This document shows, one piece after another, positions 62,917 through 64,000 of a DNA stretch of 64,000 nt. The translations under genes and the position numbers were made by a program. The DNA comes from Saccharofermentanales bacterium (GTDB taxonomy: Bacteria; Bacillota; Clostridia; Saccharofermentanales; DTU023), in assembly GCA_050951845.1 (NCBI GenBank), contig JBMNJV010000006.1, forward strand, positions 295,565 to 359,564. The letters are read 5' to 3'. The number at the start of each line of letters is the position of its first letter. The first letter of the stretch is position 1. The notes below the pieces were generated by a model that ran no database searches, was not told the DNA's origin, and worked only from the letters and a program-made list of their open reading frames with translations.

Positions 62917-63034
62917 CTTGCCATCCCCCTATCCAGTTATACTGTAGTCGTAATTTGTTTTACTATCCTTATCAACTTTTATCTGCTTTTATAAGAGTCA
63001 TCAATATTCTTTGCGTGATTGTTTTATGTCTGTC

Positions 63035-64000
63035 TTAATCCAGATAGATACTGCGCAGGATTTCAACACATTCATAAACGCTCATATTCGGAGTTAATTC
63101 CGGGCGGTAGACAAATTCTAAAAGCAACCAGTCAATCGGCATTAACTCTTGAGTTGTAGTCCAATTTTGTTGGAAAATACTGTCCGGATAACGATAAGAA
63201 TCGTTCGGCAAGCCCAGTGATTGAATGAATTCTTCCATAATCAAATGATTCATTCCCTCGCGTCCCGGATAATCATTAGATACAGCCATCCGGGCATAAA
63301 AATTATAACCGTAGTAATCATGCCAATGCACCACAAAGCCCCAATTATTTTGAATATAATCTCCCTGGAAGATTTCTTCAAAATCAGCTAACGGTGCGAT
63401 ATGAAATTCATAATTATAATCGGTGGAACCTGCTTCCGCATATTGTATATCAAGACCGGTCAGTCTTTCTATGACGGGGATAATCATATTTAATCTGGCA
63501 AAATCAGCAGAGGTAGGCTGACCGAAAGTACCGATTCGAATCGGTGTTGTTGTATCCCAACGATTTAAGACTGCCGGCACGGACGGATCAAATTCATTCC
63601 CTCCGGCTATTTCCGGAAAATATTCTAAAGCATCTTCAATAAATTGCGGATCGAATTGATGGCGACGATTATATAACGGGCCATTTGCCAAAATGTCAGC
63701 TCTGGTGAAATCTTCCGCCTTTAATAAACCGGAGGTTGGCTGATTGACAGTTGTAGAGCTCATTGCCACATAGGCTGTTCTTCCTTTATAAGTAAACCTG
63801 AGCCAAGCTCCCTGAATTGTGCCAGTCACGCGAACCGGATTTTGCAATTTAGTAATTATACTGCCGTTCGGTGCACTTCTGATAATGGAATTGGCAACTA
63901 TGTATCTGGTTACCTGCACCGGGTTCTTTTGCAAAAGTACAGCGTACACATAAGCCGTTTTTCCGTTATAGGTGAACTTAACCATATTGCCGACCAAAAC
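63035..64000 (-). CDS. 3' part of an SH3b-repeat protein with a C-terminal DUF2927-like (zincin-like) domain; 5' end lies beyond the window
   Basis: SH3b-like repeats, then LNRW…IRIG…HLIMEEFIQSLGLPNDS…DSIFQQ…IDWLLLEFVYRPEL. Confidence 0.72.
   Translation of the reverse strand, partial: VLVGNMVKFTYNGKTAYVYAVLLQKNPVQVTRYIVANSIIRSAPNGSIITKLQNPVRVTGTIQGAWLRFTYKGRTAYVAMSSTTVNQPTSGLLKAEDFTRADILANGPLYNRRHQFDPQFIEDALEYFPEIAGGNEFDPSVPAVLNRWDTTTPIRIGTFGQPTSADFARLNMIIPVIERLTGLDIQYAEAGSTDYNYEFHIAPLADFEEIFQGDYIQNNWGFVVHWHDYYGYNFYARMAVSNDYPGREGMNHLIMEEFIQSLGLPNDSYRYPDSIFQQNWTTTQELMPIDWLLLEFVYRPELTPNMSVYECVEILRSIYLD

Noticed and set aside
47822-62947. Ser/Val/Leu-rich plus-strand ORFs (e.g. 47822-48613, 54805-55341, 62450-62947)
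   Set aside because: Antisense to acidic low-complexity linkers, which lack stop codons on the opposite strand
10609-64000. Diversity-generating retroelement behind the variable C-termini
   Set aside because: No reverse transcriptase or avd gene and no adenine-specific template/variable repeat pair seen; CAP variation involves all bases and indels

Overview
Low-GC Firmicute (Clostridia-like) chromosomal window in two parts. 1-26.6 kb is mostly housekeeping: HPr-like gene, LysR regulator, mfd, pth, walJ, murA, walK, walR, sufCBDSU, malQ, proS and an osmoprotectant/choline ABC transporter. It has two anomalies. (i) A near-identical second walR brackets a GC-rich sortase-anchored surface-protein gene flanked by IS3 relics. 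(ii) A non-coding 92-bp palindromic tandem array sits inside the suf operon. From 26.6 kb to beyond the window end lies a co-oriented array of at least 13 paralogous secreted proteins on one chassis: similar signal peptide, acidic E/T-rich spacer, SH3b-like wall-binding repeats and an interchangeable effector domain. The effectors are a beta-lactamase-fold hydrolase with CxxK instead of SxxK, CHAP x2, BspA-type LRR solenoids (split by an intact IS66), CAP x4 plus a silent partial copy, phage-type Ltp superinfection-exclusion domains x2, a DUF2927-like domain and unknown domains. Mosaic paralogs, a ~1-kb near-identical block shared by two genes, orphan gene heads and tails and a higher-order duplication indicate recombinational shuffling. 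This modular surface-protein array is the best candidate for an undescribed system. All family assignments come from motif recognition by eye; no database search was run.
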